Notes: generated from the sequence alone by a model not told the origin. A DNA stretch of 64,000 nt from Auanema rhodensis (GCA_964057225.1 OZ059896.1:8494001-8558000); one strand, 5' to 3'. Positions 1 to 12,978 are shown, counted from the first letter of the stretch. Numbers and translations are program-made.

Positions 1-2298
1 TTGTTTCGTCATAGTGATTTAGAGGACAAACATTTTTCTTCTTTAGGAGACAGAGCATGGGTTCTCTTAGCGCATAGGCAAGAATTACCGGTGTTAATAG
101 AATTTGCTTTACGGGATGAAACTGTTGAAGCTGAAGAAATAGTAGAACGAGAAAAAGTTTGTTTATTACATGAAATTTAATTTTAATGTTTTATTTCAGT
201 TGATTACTTTCACAGTTCCAACACTTCCATGGGATTCAAATAACATTAATATTAAATTGACATGTGGAAATTCAGAGATTTCAGTTCCATTCAAATACAG
301 AAAGAGGTACTTGAAAAACGCAATAACACAACAATGTTCTTTTTTTAATGTTCCCGTTTTCCAGATGCCGATCTGTTACACCGTGTGTTTCAATTGAAAA
401 TTTGATTGAGTTTGCTACAAATGGTGATACCTTGGCTTTAGTGCAACCATTCAGTTTTCTTTTGCCACAGTTAGATGGAGAAGGGAACACGTTAGCTGTA
501 GACAGAATATCTAATGTTATATTCATATCTATTGCAGAGTCCTTCATCTTGCAGCACGAAACAGTCAAAGTTTTGCTTTAAAAATCCTTTTATCAGCTGT
601 TCCCTCACCCGATAAAGAAGGTATAGAAATATCAAAAATTATAATAAATGTTATAATTCAATTAAGAAATTGTTAATATTCGAAATTCTCGAGGGTTAAC
701 TGCCTTACATTGTGCGATAAGATCTGGTGATCCGGACAGCGTACATTACTTAATAGCAAATAAGGCACATGCTTATATTTCAGATAATCATAAGAATACA
801 GTAAGTATTGATTGTTTATTTTTTTATTCTTATCTAATATAATTTAAACTTGGAATATTAGGCTGTTCACTATCTTGCTGATGCTTATAACGAAGCAATT
901 TTCAAAGAAATTCTAGAACCAGCTACAGCTGAAGATTTAAAAGTTGAAGAATTGAATGATGAAGGTTATGCAGCTCTGCATCTAGCTGTACGTAGGTGAG
1001 TATAGATGTCTATGATCTCCCGAAAACTAGAAAACTTCGTTTACAGGTTGAAACTGAGTTTGATTGAAATGCTTCTTGAAGCAGGGGCTAATCCTAATTC
1101 GTTAGACCGTAATGGACGTACTCCTTTAATACATGCTGTTCTTATGAATGATACGGACATTGTCCAGTTTCTAATAGATGTATATATATACTTGTTAAGA
1201 TATTTTCTTTTAATTTTGTGAATTTCAGCATGGTTCTGATGCGAATATAGAAAGTAATAATGGAGAGACAAGTCTATTGCTTGCGAGAGACAATGCAAAT
1301 TATGCTTTGTTGGGATATTTACTGGATGCTGGGGCTGATCCAACAGTTGCAAATCAAAAAGGAGAAACTTTGATTGATTCAGATGATTCAACTATTCAAA
1401 ACATAGTCAAAGGAGAACGGTATAAAGGAAAATAATTTGTTTACACCTTTTCATGTTTAGAATCGCTTTACCTCCGAAGGAAATTTTCACTTCATCGTCT
1501 CCTAGTGATCTCCCAGCCGTACGGGCACCTTTGTTCGGTAAGTCATGTCCGAAGAGTACGGTTGTGGATCAATATACAGTCAAACATAGTCGAATGATTA
1601 TACGAAATCCGAACCCTCAAACAAATGAAGAAGATAATATTCAGGGTACGGGTCTGTTGGCATTCGGTTTTTCATATCACAATACCTTTGAAGTTTCTAA
1701 AAAATTCATTCATTCATTGGTTTCTTAGATGAGCCTGAAGAAAGTGCCACATTAAGTGGAATTCGTGAAAATGCTCGACAGCGAGCTGCAAGACTGATGG
1801 AAGAAGTAGAGCAACTAATGAATGAACCATCAACTAGTGGCACTTCTACTGGTGCTAGGAGAGGAGCTCATAAAGGTTGTTATAACATAGATATTGAAAT
1901 CGAAAACAAAACATATCTTTCAGACGATATAGCAGGATTAGATTATTTAACAAGATTACGGTTATCGAAAGCTTTAGATCTAGATGGAAAATGGCAAAAT
2001 GTAGCAAAAGTAAAAAATTTATTTACAATTAAAAGTTTTAAAGTTTTATGCTTAGGAGCTTGGTTGTGAGCATATGATAGAATTAATCTGTATTTGTGCT
2101 ACGGATTCCAATGACAACAGTCCAACAATGATTTTTATGGATCAGTATGAAGTATGTAGAGAAGAAGCATTAACATAAATTAAAAAAGAAATCTTTCAGA
2201 ATATGCCAGATTCTAAAGTTACAAATTTACGAACAGCATTGGAACGATTACAATTAACAGAAGCTGTATCATTAATTGATGACCGATTTGTATACTAA
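1..2298 (+). CDS. ikb-1: IkB/NF-kB p105-like protein (IPT/TIG-like domain + ~6 ankyrin repeats + C-terminal death domain); 5' end lies outside the window; multi-exon
   Basis: Spliced translation gives ankyrin repeats (GNTVLHLAARN, GLTALHCAIRSG, GYAALHLAVRR, GRTPLIHAVLMN, GETSLLLA) and a death domain (LDYLTRLRLSKALDLDGKWQNVAKELG...SPTMIFMDQYE...LRTALERLQLTEAVSLIDDRF). Stop TAA at 2296-2298. Confidence 0.8.
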
Positions 2299-3119
2299 AT
2301 ATTTCCAAATTTAAAAAAAAAATCCAAATTTGGTATTAAAACGAATATTTTACTTGTAAAAGCTTTGTAGTTAAAATTTTGCAAATATTTCTCATAAAAC
2401 AAAATGTATTATAATATTTATAATATTATATTTCAGTTGAATGCTAAAAAGTTTACTATATTTCAAATGTTAACAATGAATTAATTAAATATATTAATAT
2501 ATAAATATTGTTTTTTTTTAAATTCTCAAAATTAATATTTGAAAAGTAATTGAATGAAATTAACTTGGTAAAATTGAAAATACACGAAATAAGTGCTTTG
2601 AACTCTTTAAATTAAAGAAAAAAAAAATAAAAATAAAAGGATTGTTGATAAATAAAAAGAATATAAATCAATTTTACACATCGTTGAACAAAGATTAAAA
2701 ATTAAAAAAACTCCTAACAACTACTTTGAGAGAATAGATGAAACTAATGATTATATCTTATATATACATACATATATTTGAATTATATGTACGTATATAG
2801 CATAGTTTTCATATAAACTTGTTAATATTTACACAAAACTATTTATATTTTCTTATTTTTTGTATAATATTATAAATATAAATATATGTTGTGTGTAACT
2901 AAATTAATTAATATTTGTACATACTATTCTATGCTCATTGATGATGTTCATAAAACATTTGAACTAAAAATAAGTTTTAAATTATAATTACCCTTTATAA
3001 TTTATTATTATTTGGAATGTAAATCATAGACAAAATGCTTTTTATTTTATATAATAAGAATTTTATAATGTTATCAAAGTGAGGTAAAATGAGTACCAAT
3101 GATTTGTTTTGTTTTGATT

Positions 3120-4587
3120 TTAAAATTCTGAATCCTTATAACGAGCATATACAACTTGACCAATATGGATATATCCCTAAATATATGATTATATGAATAT
3201 TATATTTATAAAGTTTGACATACTGGTTTTAGTAATCCAAGATTCACACCAAAAACTGGATCATCTTTAAACTCAGCACGCATACATCCCTCAGGAACAC
3301 CACGGTATGATCGTAACGTTTGTAGAGGCTGATTGTTCTTATCACGAATTCCAGTTTCAGGATCAACTGTTGTTAGAATACATCTAAAATCAAAGATAAA
3401 TATTGAAAAATTAATAAAAAAATAATTAATGTTCAAATGAAAATACCTTGTGCAAGGACAGCAGCATTGCAACTGTACATCTCCAATACGAAGTTCATCC
3501 CATTTATCTTCATCATAGGCTGGACACTTCTCAATGACTATATTGGGACGGAATGATTTCATTGTAAGCTAAATGTAAAAACAAATTTTTTAAAATAAAT
3601 AAATAAAATATTCAATTTTACTTTTTTCTCCAAACGTGTATTAAGGTCAGTTAAAGAGGCATCCGCAAGAGCCATGTATGGTGCAAGGTCAGAGAATGGA
3701 ACCTGAAAATTTTAATTTTTAAGCTTCTTTTTAGTTTCAACAACATCATACATTAAACTTATTTTTTGGAACAGTATTATTCATCCACCATTCCTTTTTA
3801 GGTACTAATGTACGTTCAGTATATAAATGTTCCATGTATACCACTAAACGGGTATCTAAAAATAATTTGTTTTTATGAAAATTAATTTTAAAAACAAAAA
3901 GTTTACTTGGCTCATCAATATAGTCTGATAATAATTTTGATATCTCTTCACCACAATCAAGACCATCTTGCTTTTTCTTCTCAAACAATCTTGAAAATTT
4001 AAATTTTTTTCTCTAAAATGATACAAATAAAAACTTACGTTGTTCTGATAACTTTATTCTCATTAGTCACTATATTTAGATCAATAACGCAAGTTTTTCC
4101 ATCGGGGAATTTAACTATCAGAGTATTGTCCTTCATTTCTGATTCGATGAGAATCATTTTGGGTTTTTGTCTTGCTGTGTAGAATCTTCAAAGAATATCT
4201 TAAGAAACTAAGCTACTATCCACATCATTACAATCCCGTTTCCCCATTAATAATCTGGAAGAACCTATCTCTCATGCCACCACATTCAACTCCGTATTTT
4301 CCGCAATATAAAGAAAATACCTAGATATAAACAATTCAAGCAGAAACAAATATTAAATATTCTACCTGTTTGGATCTGCAGGATTTTATTGGATATATAT
4401 TCAGCTCTTTGATTATACCAATTGGTACAAAATCTCTGCGTTTTGAAGATTTATACAGCTTATAACCATATTTAGTCACCTGATTAGGAAATTAAATTTA
4501 AAAAAAAAGGAAAAACGTTACATTATAAATGACGAATCCTACTCCAATTGAGAGGGCGAAAGCTTTTTTGTCATCAATCCAAGCCAT
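3120..4587 (-). CDS. MOSC-domain molybdenum cofactor protein (mARC-like)
   Basis: N-terminal hydrophobic anchor (MAWIDDKKAFALSIGVGFVIYN), IYPIKSC, DRFFQII, DLAPYM, FRPNIVIEKCPAYDEDKW, PCTRCILTTVDPETG and PVFGVN are typical MOSC_N/MOSC motifs. Canonical short introns. Confidence 0.92.
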
Positions 4588-5308
4588 AGTAATTGAAATA
4601 TGAGATTTTCTCTGCTATAAAAGCAATATTGTTGAAATAGAACTGAAAGACAGTTAGGTGGTTATTTAGAAAGAAGTCTTTATGATAAGAACTGATAGCA
4701 GAAGAGAAAAACAAATAGTATACAAAGGTCATTAAGATAAATTTGCTGTGTTTAGTTTTTTTTAAACAAACTAACTACAAAATATTTGCTCTTAAATAGA
4801 GTGTAGTTATATAATTGAACACAAATACTACGTGAATTATACTAAATCTACATCTGAAGGAAAACGGTTAAAGTTGTATTTGAAGAGTGTCCTGAGTGGC
4901 GGAACTTGCGGATGGACAATGAACTTTTTCGGTAGAAACAGGCGCCTCGGAAAACGATCAATGTTGTTCGCAAAGAATTAATTTAAATCACCCATGTAGT
5001 TGCTGAAAATCACGTATTTACGATAAACTTTCTTGTTTTCTAATTTTTTTTTCAATTTATTTATATTTTTGGGATAAAAAATGGAAAAGTTTTGACAATT
5101 TGTATTGAAAAATGCGTCTGCGCGTATTTTTAGATGAAGACAAGAGTGTCGGAGTGGGGGGGGGGAGAGTGGAGATAGTTTGATCTCAGTAAATTTATAA
5201 ACAAATAAAGAAAATGAATTTTCGGACCAATTATCAGAAATATACAAAAGACAGTTTATAATGAAATTTGTGAAATAGTTTCAAATCAAACATTATATAA
5301 ATCAAAGA

Positions 5309-8201
5309 ATGTTCTTTCATCTAAGTTTAATCATATTAATTTTTATTAGTTCAACATATACTCAAGAACATATATTAGCCAGGTATATTATATTAAAATT
5401 ATTATAATATTTTTATAATTATATGATAGTTGTCGTTCTGCTACTCATATACGATGTGCTGATGGTTTAACATGCATTCATAAAAAATTTATGTGTGATG
5501 GTAGAATAGATTGCCCTGATCATTCAGATGAGCAATCACATATATGCAATCAACGTGGATTATCAGGATCAATTGTGAGTTCAAAGCATAAAATTTATTT
5601 TGGAAATAATATAAATGCTATTGATATACTCATAAATAATATAAAATATAATATAAGACATATTCTATCTAATACATTAGCCATATATTTCCAATCAGAT
5701 TCTAAACGTTCTTCTTGTCTCGATGATTCATATTTTTCCTAAAAAAAGAATTTTTTATCTTTAAATTATACAAAATATATAAATTATTTTACTTCAAATA
5801 TTAATAATACTTTGATAACTTCATTAATAGCATTTTCCATTTGAGAATAGATTGCTAATTCTTCCATGCTGCCAAAGTTTAAGCTTGATTGTAAAGCCTC
5901 AGCTTGAAAACAGAGTATGAGCTTGTTATAGTTGAAAATATAAAAAAACCTTGTTTTTTTATTTTTTTAGCTCTTTTGAGACTATCATTATGCTCAATAG
6001 TTCCAGATAAATATTGGATAGAAGGTGCTTCTTCCTAAATTATTTTTTATAAAAAATTTGAATTTCATATAATTATAACAAACAGTCATATTTCGTTGTT
6101 GACGTTCAATTCCAGAAGACATTCTGAAGATTCTTGGTAATAGATTCAAAAATATTTCTCTTGTCTATATATAATTATAATTAATAATTATTTTAATGAT
6201 TTCTATCTGAATACTTCATACCCATGGTCCCATTTCTCGTAGTGATCCACTTCGAAAGTGAACGTTCATTATCAGAATAGTTGCACATGTTGAAGCACCC
6301 ATAATACATAATGAAGCTGAGAAGAAAGCAGCTAAAGGAAAATAAAAAAAATTAATTTTTCTTAATTCTCTTACATAAAACTGGAATGGAATCTGAAGTG
6401 GTTGGCGTAGTCATTGCTATCCTAGTGAGGAAAACCAGCGTCGCAAGAACGTTCGTTGTCTCTAAAATGACATTTAGAAAAGAGTCTTATCCTCATCATA
6501 AACAATATAATGGAAAACATTTTTGTTTCAAAACTATTCTCTTATATAATTCTTCATAGAAGTATTATGTAATATGTGGATAACTATAGAAAAATTAACT
6601 AGGAAAAACCAACCAGATTTAAATCAATTTTTTGATTTAAAATGTTCAAATTATAGTAAAACTTAAAGAATATTAAGTTTAATATAATTTATAAAATAAT
6701 ATTAAAACATACGTAAAGTAACTTTTTCTCCTCCAGCTGTTGGCATTATGAATTGTAAAACATTACTCATTGATATGAAAAATGAAGGTACAATCCAATT
6801 TAATGTATAATATAAACTTTTTCTTTTAAGAATTATATAATAATATAATTCTATATATGGTTCTCCATTAAATAATCGTATTGTTCTATTAGCTATAGTT
6901 TCTGAAAAAAAAGTTTTAAGTTTTAGTTTTTAAATTTTCTTTTTTTTTTCACCGATTATATCAAATTCTTCATTAGTTACATAGTATGTCATATCTATAG
7001 TACCAACTCCTTTTTCATTCAGATTAGCTAAATCAAAATCCACGAATGATCCAGAATATGTCCACAGTCCATACTAAGATAATACAACAAGTTATATTCA
7101 AAGTTTTAAGTTTAAAATTACTTTCATAAAACAAATTTGTTCGTCAAATGGAAACCATGTCATACTCATATCACATGATACTGTAACAATACCTGGTGGA
7201 GCAACATATACATCTCCAGTATGAGATACAACACAGTTCACAGAAAATGTTGAATCAAAGTTATTCACACTATGTAATAAAATTAAATTTTGAAATGAAT
7301 ACTTGTATAAACCTGTTGAATAAGAGAACATCAGGTAGCCAAATCATTTTTTTTGGTAACTGTATATCAGTTATGTTACCGTATTCAGATGGATTCCATT
7401 TAAGTTTATAATCTGTCCAACTGATTTGTGACCATACTACAACGGTCATTGCTTGATTCTTTTCGTCCTTTATAATAATAATAATAATAGTTAATAATAT
7501 TATATTATTCAACTTACTACATCAACTATTTGTTGAAGCATTATCTTATGCTTAACAGATAAACTTTCTGAATGATTCTTAATTGGACGTTCGATGACGT
7601 CATAATTTTCTTTAAGATCTTGTATAAGACGATACTCTTCAGAACTTGCAGATGAATTTTTAAAATAAAATAAAATAATTAGAAATTTGAAATAGATCAT
7701 AGATGTATATGAATTTGTGGTGAATGTATGATAGAAGCGTTCAGTTAACGAAATGAATCAACTCATTAATACAAATTGTCAATAAGATTACGAAGTTTTT
7801 GGATGTACAAACATATCTTCTCATGTTTCTTTCTTCTTCTTTTTTTCATTTTATTATAATTTTATAATTATTATTTAATATTTCATTACTCATATAGTAT
7901 ATAGTATATAATTTCAGAAAGGTAGTTCACAAAAATTTTTTTCAACACAAGTCAAGTGTCCACCTAATTGGTTTGCCTGTCAAGATTTATCCAAGTGTCT
8001 TCAACCAAAGCTTGTTTGTGATCAAGTGAAAGATTGCAAGTCTGTATTCATCAGTTCCTTCTTTCATTTTTTAAAATAATTTTTACTTATTTCAATTTAA
8101 TCAGTTATTGATATTTCAGTGATGGATCGGATGAGCGAGAATTTTGTTTTGAACATAGGACAAGAATGATGAGAATTAAAGATCATACAATTGTTTATTA
8201 A
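5309..8201 (+). CDS. Small secreted protein (~140 aa) with two LDL-receptor class A modules; exons 5309-5382, 5430-5574, 7918-8039, 8120-8201
   Basis: Signal peptide MFFHLSLIILIFISSTYT. LDLa1 CRSATHIRCADGLTCIHKKFMCDGRIDCPDHSDE; LDLa2 CPPNWFACQDLSKCLQPKLVCDQVKDCNDGSDE. All splice phases are compatible (423 nt in total). Confidence 0.8.
5595..7700 (-). CDS. eat-2: Nicotinic acetylcholine receptor non-alpha subunit, EAT-2-like (ACR-16 group), nested in intron 2 of the LDLa gene
   Basis: SSEEYRLIQDLKENYDVIERP, WLPDVLLFNS, Cys-loop CDMSMTWFPFDEQIC, loop B WTYSG, no vicinal CC in loop C (TIRLFNGEPYIEL), M1 YYTLNWIVPS, GEK + M2 VTLQTTNVLATLVFL, M4 DWKYMANVLDRICL. Closest recalled sequence is C. elegans EAT-2; could be a paralogue rather than the orthologue. 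Confidence 0.8.
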
Positions 8202-10583
8202 ATTTACAAATATAATTTGATGAAAAAAACTTATTTAAAAAACATTCCTAACTATATTATTTCATTTTATTCTTTTTATTAGTCAATTGTAAAATGATAA
8301 TACTTGTTAAATAAACTTGTCTTTCATCTTCTAATTACAATTCAAGCTTAACACATATATGTATTTATATATTTGTAATAAATAATCTTTTTTTTTTTAA
8401 ATTTTCAATAATAATAATAATTTTGTATTGATTTACATGAAAAATACAAATTTTATGGAAAAGAATTACCACAAGTATTCCTATATCGACTCTATTTTGG
8501 ATCGTCCTTGATAGCTGTTTTAAATAATTTCACTTTTCAATTCAAAATTTTTTGAGATATTTCAATACAAATCTTAATTGGTCAAAAAAATAAAGAAAAT
8601 GAAACTATTTGATTGAATACAATTAGTTTTAGCACCTTGTTAATGACCAATAAAACTTTATTCGTACAAAAGTATAAAGAATAAAAGTTTTTTTTCTAAG
8701 AACACAAGAAAACTTGACCGAACTTTGGTACAGGAAGCTTTACATGTATAAATCTTTTTTATATTTTTGAAACAAGTTTTCAAATAAAAAATATTTTTCA
8801 AATGTAAATATACTGTATTCTATTGTTTTAGAAAAAATATATATATTACAACCTAAAGCTGTTTCTATGTTTGACATTAGGTAACAGCTTGAAACAGAAA
8901 ATAGGAAAGGTGAAGCAGGTGCCCATAAAGAACTAGCATTAAATTAGATTTTTTCATTTCCTTATCTAGCGGTTGAATACATGTTTCATCTCATCATTAG
9001 GCTCGTTTCTCTTCCTTCTCGCTATCTCTCAAGTATTCTCTCCGATCTAAGCTGAGTAAGAGACCAACGATGATGCTAGTGAGACAAAATGACCTTGTCA
9101 AACTGATGTTCTCTCTGTTTTTCTTTGCCCTCTCTCAATCTAGAATAATTCATTTGATAGTTTTAATGAGAGATATTGTGAATAAAAGAGAACATTGAGA
9201 ATGAATAAGGTTGCTGATGTATATCACCTTTGGCGTAAAAATGCCACTGAATTCCTTCATCTTCAAAATAGTTTGAACTATCATTTGAAACAAAACGAGT
9301 AAGGTCGTTTAAGACGAAATAAGAGAACAAATAAGATCAGAATGACTTTATTGTTTATTATTAGGTAGATAGTAGAAGACGAGACAACCAACTTCGTCAA
9401 TGCCATTTGTACTTCCCATTTTCTAGTTCTGTTTTCAATAGTCAAACAAAAAACTGAGAATGCCACTATTTCAAAATATGAACTAAGTTGTTAACTATCT
9501 TACTTATAATTATATAATTAGTGAACTAAAGGATAAAACTGCATAGATAAGAAGACAAATTGAATTAAATCTCTTGCAAATATAATGATTATACAATATA
9601 AATAATATAAATACAAATTTAAAAACTACTACTAGTCAGTCAGGAAGTAGGACTTCCAGTATTTTTTAGTTGTAACATTAGTAGTTGAGTAATCAAAAAT
9701 GATAGGAATGTTCTATTGTATTAACATGATTGTGAACTTTTAAAAATAAAATATTTTATTTTAAAAAATAATATTAAATAATAAAATTAATAAACATAAA
9801 TGCATACATCTATGTATATCGGTTAAGATAATATATATATATTATACAATAATTGTATTTTAATACAAAAATATTACTAAACTTTAATATTTTTATGTTT
9901 GATCCAGTTAACAAAGCAAAAAATGAGATTCATTTGAATTAAAAAAACAGAGAAAATACAACTTCTCTATGAAGTATAGGTGAATCTAATGGTGTTATTA
10001 TAATAAATAAAGAATATTTACATAAATATCTATCGATTTTTAAAGAAAATTACTTAAATTTGCAGCTAATTTATAGATTATAAGAACGAAATATGAACTT
10101 AAAGGTTATATTAATGTACTGTTAGTTTTCCATTCAACATTCATGTAACACTCGATGATAAAATCGAAATGGTAACGAATAAACATATGGTTACATACAT
10201 AGATTACATATACGGGTAACTATGTCAAAATATATAAATAGTTTTAAATTTTTCTCAGATATATATATAGGTATTCCAGCTATTCCTTTCTTTAACCTCT
10301 TTCTAACCTTATTCTCATTCTTTCCTGAGTTTTCTTAAGTGGAAGTATTAATAACTGCAATCTAAAAAACTGAACGTATCCGGTAATAGATCGGAAAATC
10401 TTCCAATCAACCCAAAATGTACGAAGAATTATGCAGAGAACTTCGAAATTGCATAGAGTCCAAGTCAAAAGCCTGTTTTTTGTGCGTCAGCCTTGCCGTT
10501 GAGGAGGAGGACTCGATTGGGCGGTGCTAGGGATGGTTGATGCGGCTGGGGCGGTGACGACACGTCAAGGTGACGAACCCAGC

Positions 10584-10590
10584 TATATAA
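10584..10590 (+). promoter_or_regulatory. TATA box of collagen gene 1
   Basis: TATATAA about 40 nt upstream of the ATG at 10630, at the end of a GC-rich proximal promoter segment. Confidence 0.6.
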
Positions 10591-10629
10591 GGAGCTGATT
10601 GGACCCCAGAAAACAAGGTGTCCTGAGAC

Positions 10630-11580
10630 ATGGATCTTGAGCATCGTATTAAGGCTTACCGCTTCGTCGCCTATTCGGCTGTGACCTTCTCTGTGGTCGC
10701 AGTCCTTTCGGTCTGCGTCACTCTTCCCATGGTCTACAACTATGTTCACCATGTCAAGAGATCCATGCACAACGAAATCAACTTCTGCAAGGGATCCGCC
10801 AAGGATATCTGGTCCGAGGTTAACCATTTGAAGAACATGCCAGCCGGAAACAGAACTGCCCGTCAAGCCGGTTACGGAGATGCCGGAGTTAGCGGAGGAT
10901 CCGGAACTGCTGGAGGATGTGATGCTTGCTGTCTCCCAGGAGCCGCTGGACCAGCTGGTACCCCAGGAAAGCCAGGAAGACCAGGAAAGCCAGGAGCTCC
11001 AGGACTCCCAGGAAACCCAGGACGTCCACCTCAGCAACCATGTGACCCAATCACTCCACCACCATGCAAGCCATGCCCAGCTGGACCACCAGGACCACCA
11101 GGACAGCCAGGACCTTCCGGAGATGCTGGACTTCCAGGACAACCAGGACAACCAGGACAAGACGCTGCCCCAGGACAGCCAGGACCAAAGGGAGCCCCAG
11201 GACCAGCCGGAAACCCAGGAGCCCCAGGAGCCCCAGGACAACCAGGACAAGACGCTCCATCCGAGCCAATCCTCCCAGGAGAGCCAGGACCACAAGGAGC
11301 TCCAGGACCACAAGGACCACCAGGACAACCAGGACAACCAGGACAAGACGGAGCTCCAGGTAAATAACAATCCTTTATAACAAATCTTATTCACATATCA
11401 ATTGTAGGACAAGCTGGACCAAAGGGACCAAACGGACAACCTGGACAACCAGGAGCCGACGGAAACCCAGGAGCCCCAGGACCAGCTGGACCACCAGGAG
11501 GACCAGGAGAGAAGGGTATCTGCCCCAAGTACTGCGCCATCGACGGAGGTGTCTTCTTCGAGGACGGAACACGCCGTTAA
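10630..11580 (+). CDS. Nematode cuticle collagen (one intron, 11360-11407)
   Basis: Col_cuticle_N region [35 protein letters not shown] cleavage site, CDACC, Gly-X-Y repeats, C-terminus [24 protein letters not shown]. Confidence 0.97.
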
Positions 11581-12911
11581 GCAGTATGACGAAGCCCCAA
11601 AGCCGCAAGCTTTGCACTTCTTCTACAAAATCAAAGAATATATGCAAAATAAACATCTTTTGCTTATCCAGGTCTTTATTTCAAATCACATTACACACAT
11701 ACACACATATATACGCATCTACATAGTACATTACAAAACCTGTGTCTATAGTATTCCAAAATATCCTTTTCAATACAACTAAGTATACATTCTTTTCAAA
11801 TTATATTCTTCTATATATTCTATTTATTCAACTATTACACTATAACAAAACTACATTTTTTCATTTCATTTTCATTTAATTTAACTTCAAAAAGTGTCAA
11901 TTTGCTTTCTGACAGTATATTGCAATCATGTTGTGCTTTAAGTTCAATAGTTTAATGTAAAAGGTGAACTCTCTCCAGCTGTCGAATGACAGAGAAGAAA
12001 AAACCCGCTTTTCATTAGAACTTGAAAAAAAAAATCGACAAGGGTCTTTGAAGAGAAATAATTCAAGGTCGTTATCATATGTATGTATTCGGTAGACGCT
12101 TTGTTGCCTGAGGCCATTCAAGCCAATCCGTTGAAGGTTTATTCGAAATGACACAACAAATTGTCTTTGATTTATATCCTCTTTGGATTGTATATTCTCA
12201 GTGTTGTCTTTTGAAAAAGAAAGTTGTTATCTACAACAAAGTTTCATTGAATGCAATAGAAGAATATAATTGTATTCAAAAATGAGGCAAAGACTAGACG
12301 TCATTCTGCTGATGGTCATTGTGAATATATTGTCTAGACATAGAGTTGTAGAAAGGAAATTTTGATGACTACCTCAGGCTAGAATCGCTCAGCAAGTATT
12401 CGCGATCTTGTTCGCTTCTTTGCTATTCAGCTATGGAACAGTTTTCTCATGGTATAGGTTTTATAGGATGTATTTTTAAAGTTTTTTCTTCGGAATGCTT
12501 GCAATGATGAAGCCCCAAAACTGGACAATACATAGATGTATTACCATTAAGCCTGATTGATGGACAGTTGAACAAAAAAAGTTTACTCGTAGTAGTTGAA
12601 GAAGAAACTTCAAGGAAGTATATAGTTCTCTTCGTGTATATTATATATATATTTGAACAGAAAAAATAAATAATTTGTGCTAATCGTGAACAGCCCGGAG
12701 GCAATTGTCACGATATTTCCTCTCTGGTTATCCTATTCTCCAGCACCTCAGCAACCAACAGTACGACCAGCGCATTGAATACCACGAAATATGTATCAAG
12801 ATCCTGTTTTATTGAGGGACAGAAAATTATGTATTAGTGGTGAGGAAAGACAAAAAGCTTTCACAGACAGGATGATTATGAGATGAACAAAACATGAGAA
12901 TAAGAAGGAGA

Positions 12912-12913
<2 letters not shown>

Positions 12914-12973
<60 letters not shown>
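12914..12973 (+). repeat. (GA)30 microsatellite inside a ~250 nt polypurine tract (~12895-13145)
   Basis: Direct read of the sequence. Confidence 0.95.

Positions 12974-12978
<5 letters not shown>

Noticed and set aside
5156-5165. Poly-G/C runs here and at 19951-19960 and 45931-45941 as G-quadruplex sites
   Set aside because: Only 10-11 nt long, too short alone for a stable three-tier intramolecular G4.
8480-8800. Several short nested palindromes suggesting a MITE
   Set aside because: Arms are short and AT-rich; no defined termini or target-site duplication.
10465-11394. Long antisense and alternate-frame ORFs over collagen 1 (Trp/Ser-rich 309 aa, Gln/Asp-rich 166 aa, Arg/Thr-rich 99 aa)
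   Set aside because: Shadow ORFs produced by GGA-CCA codon repetition in Gly-X-Y sequence; not independent genes.
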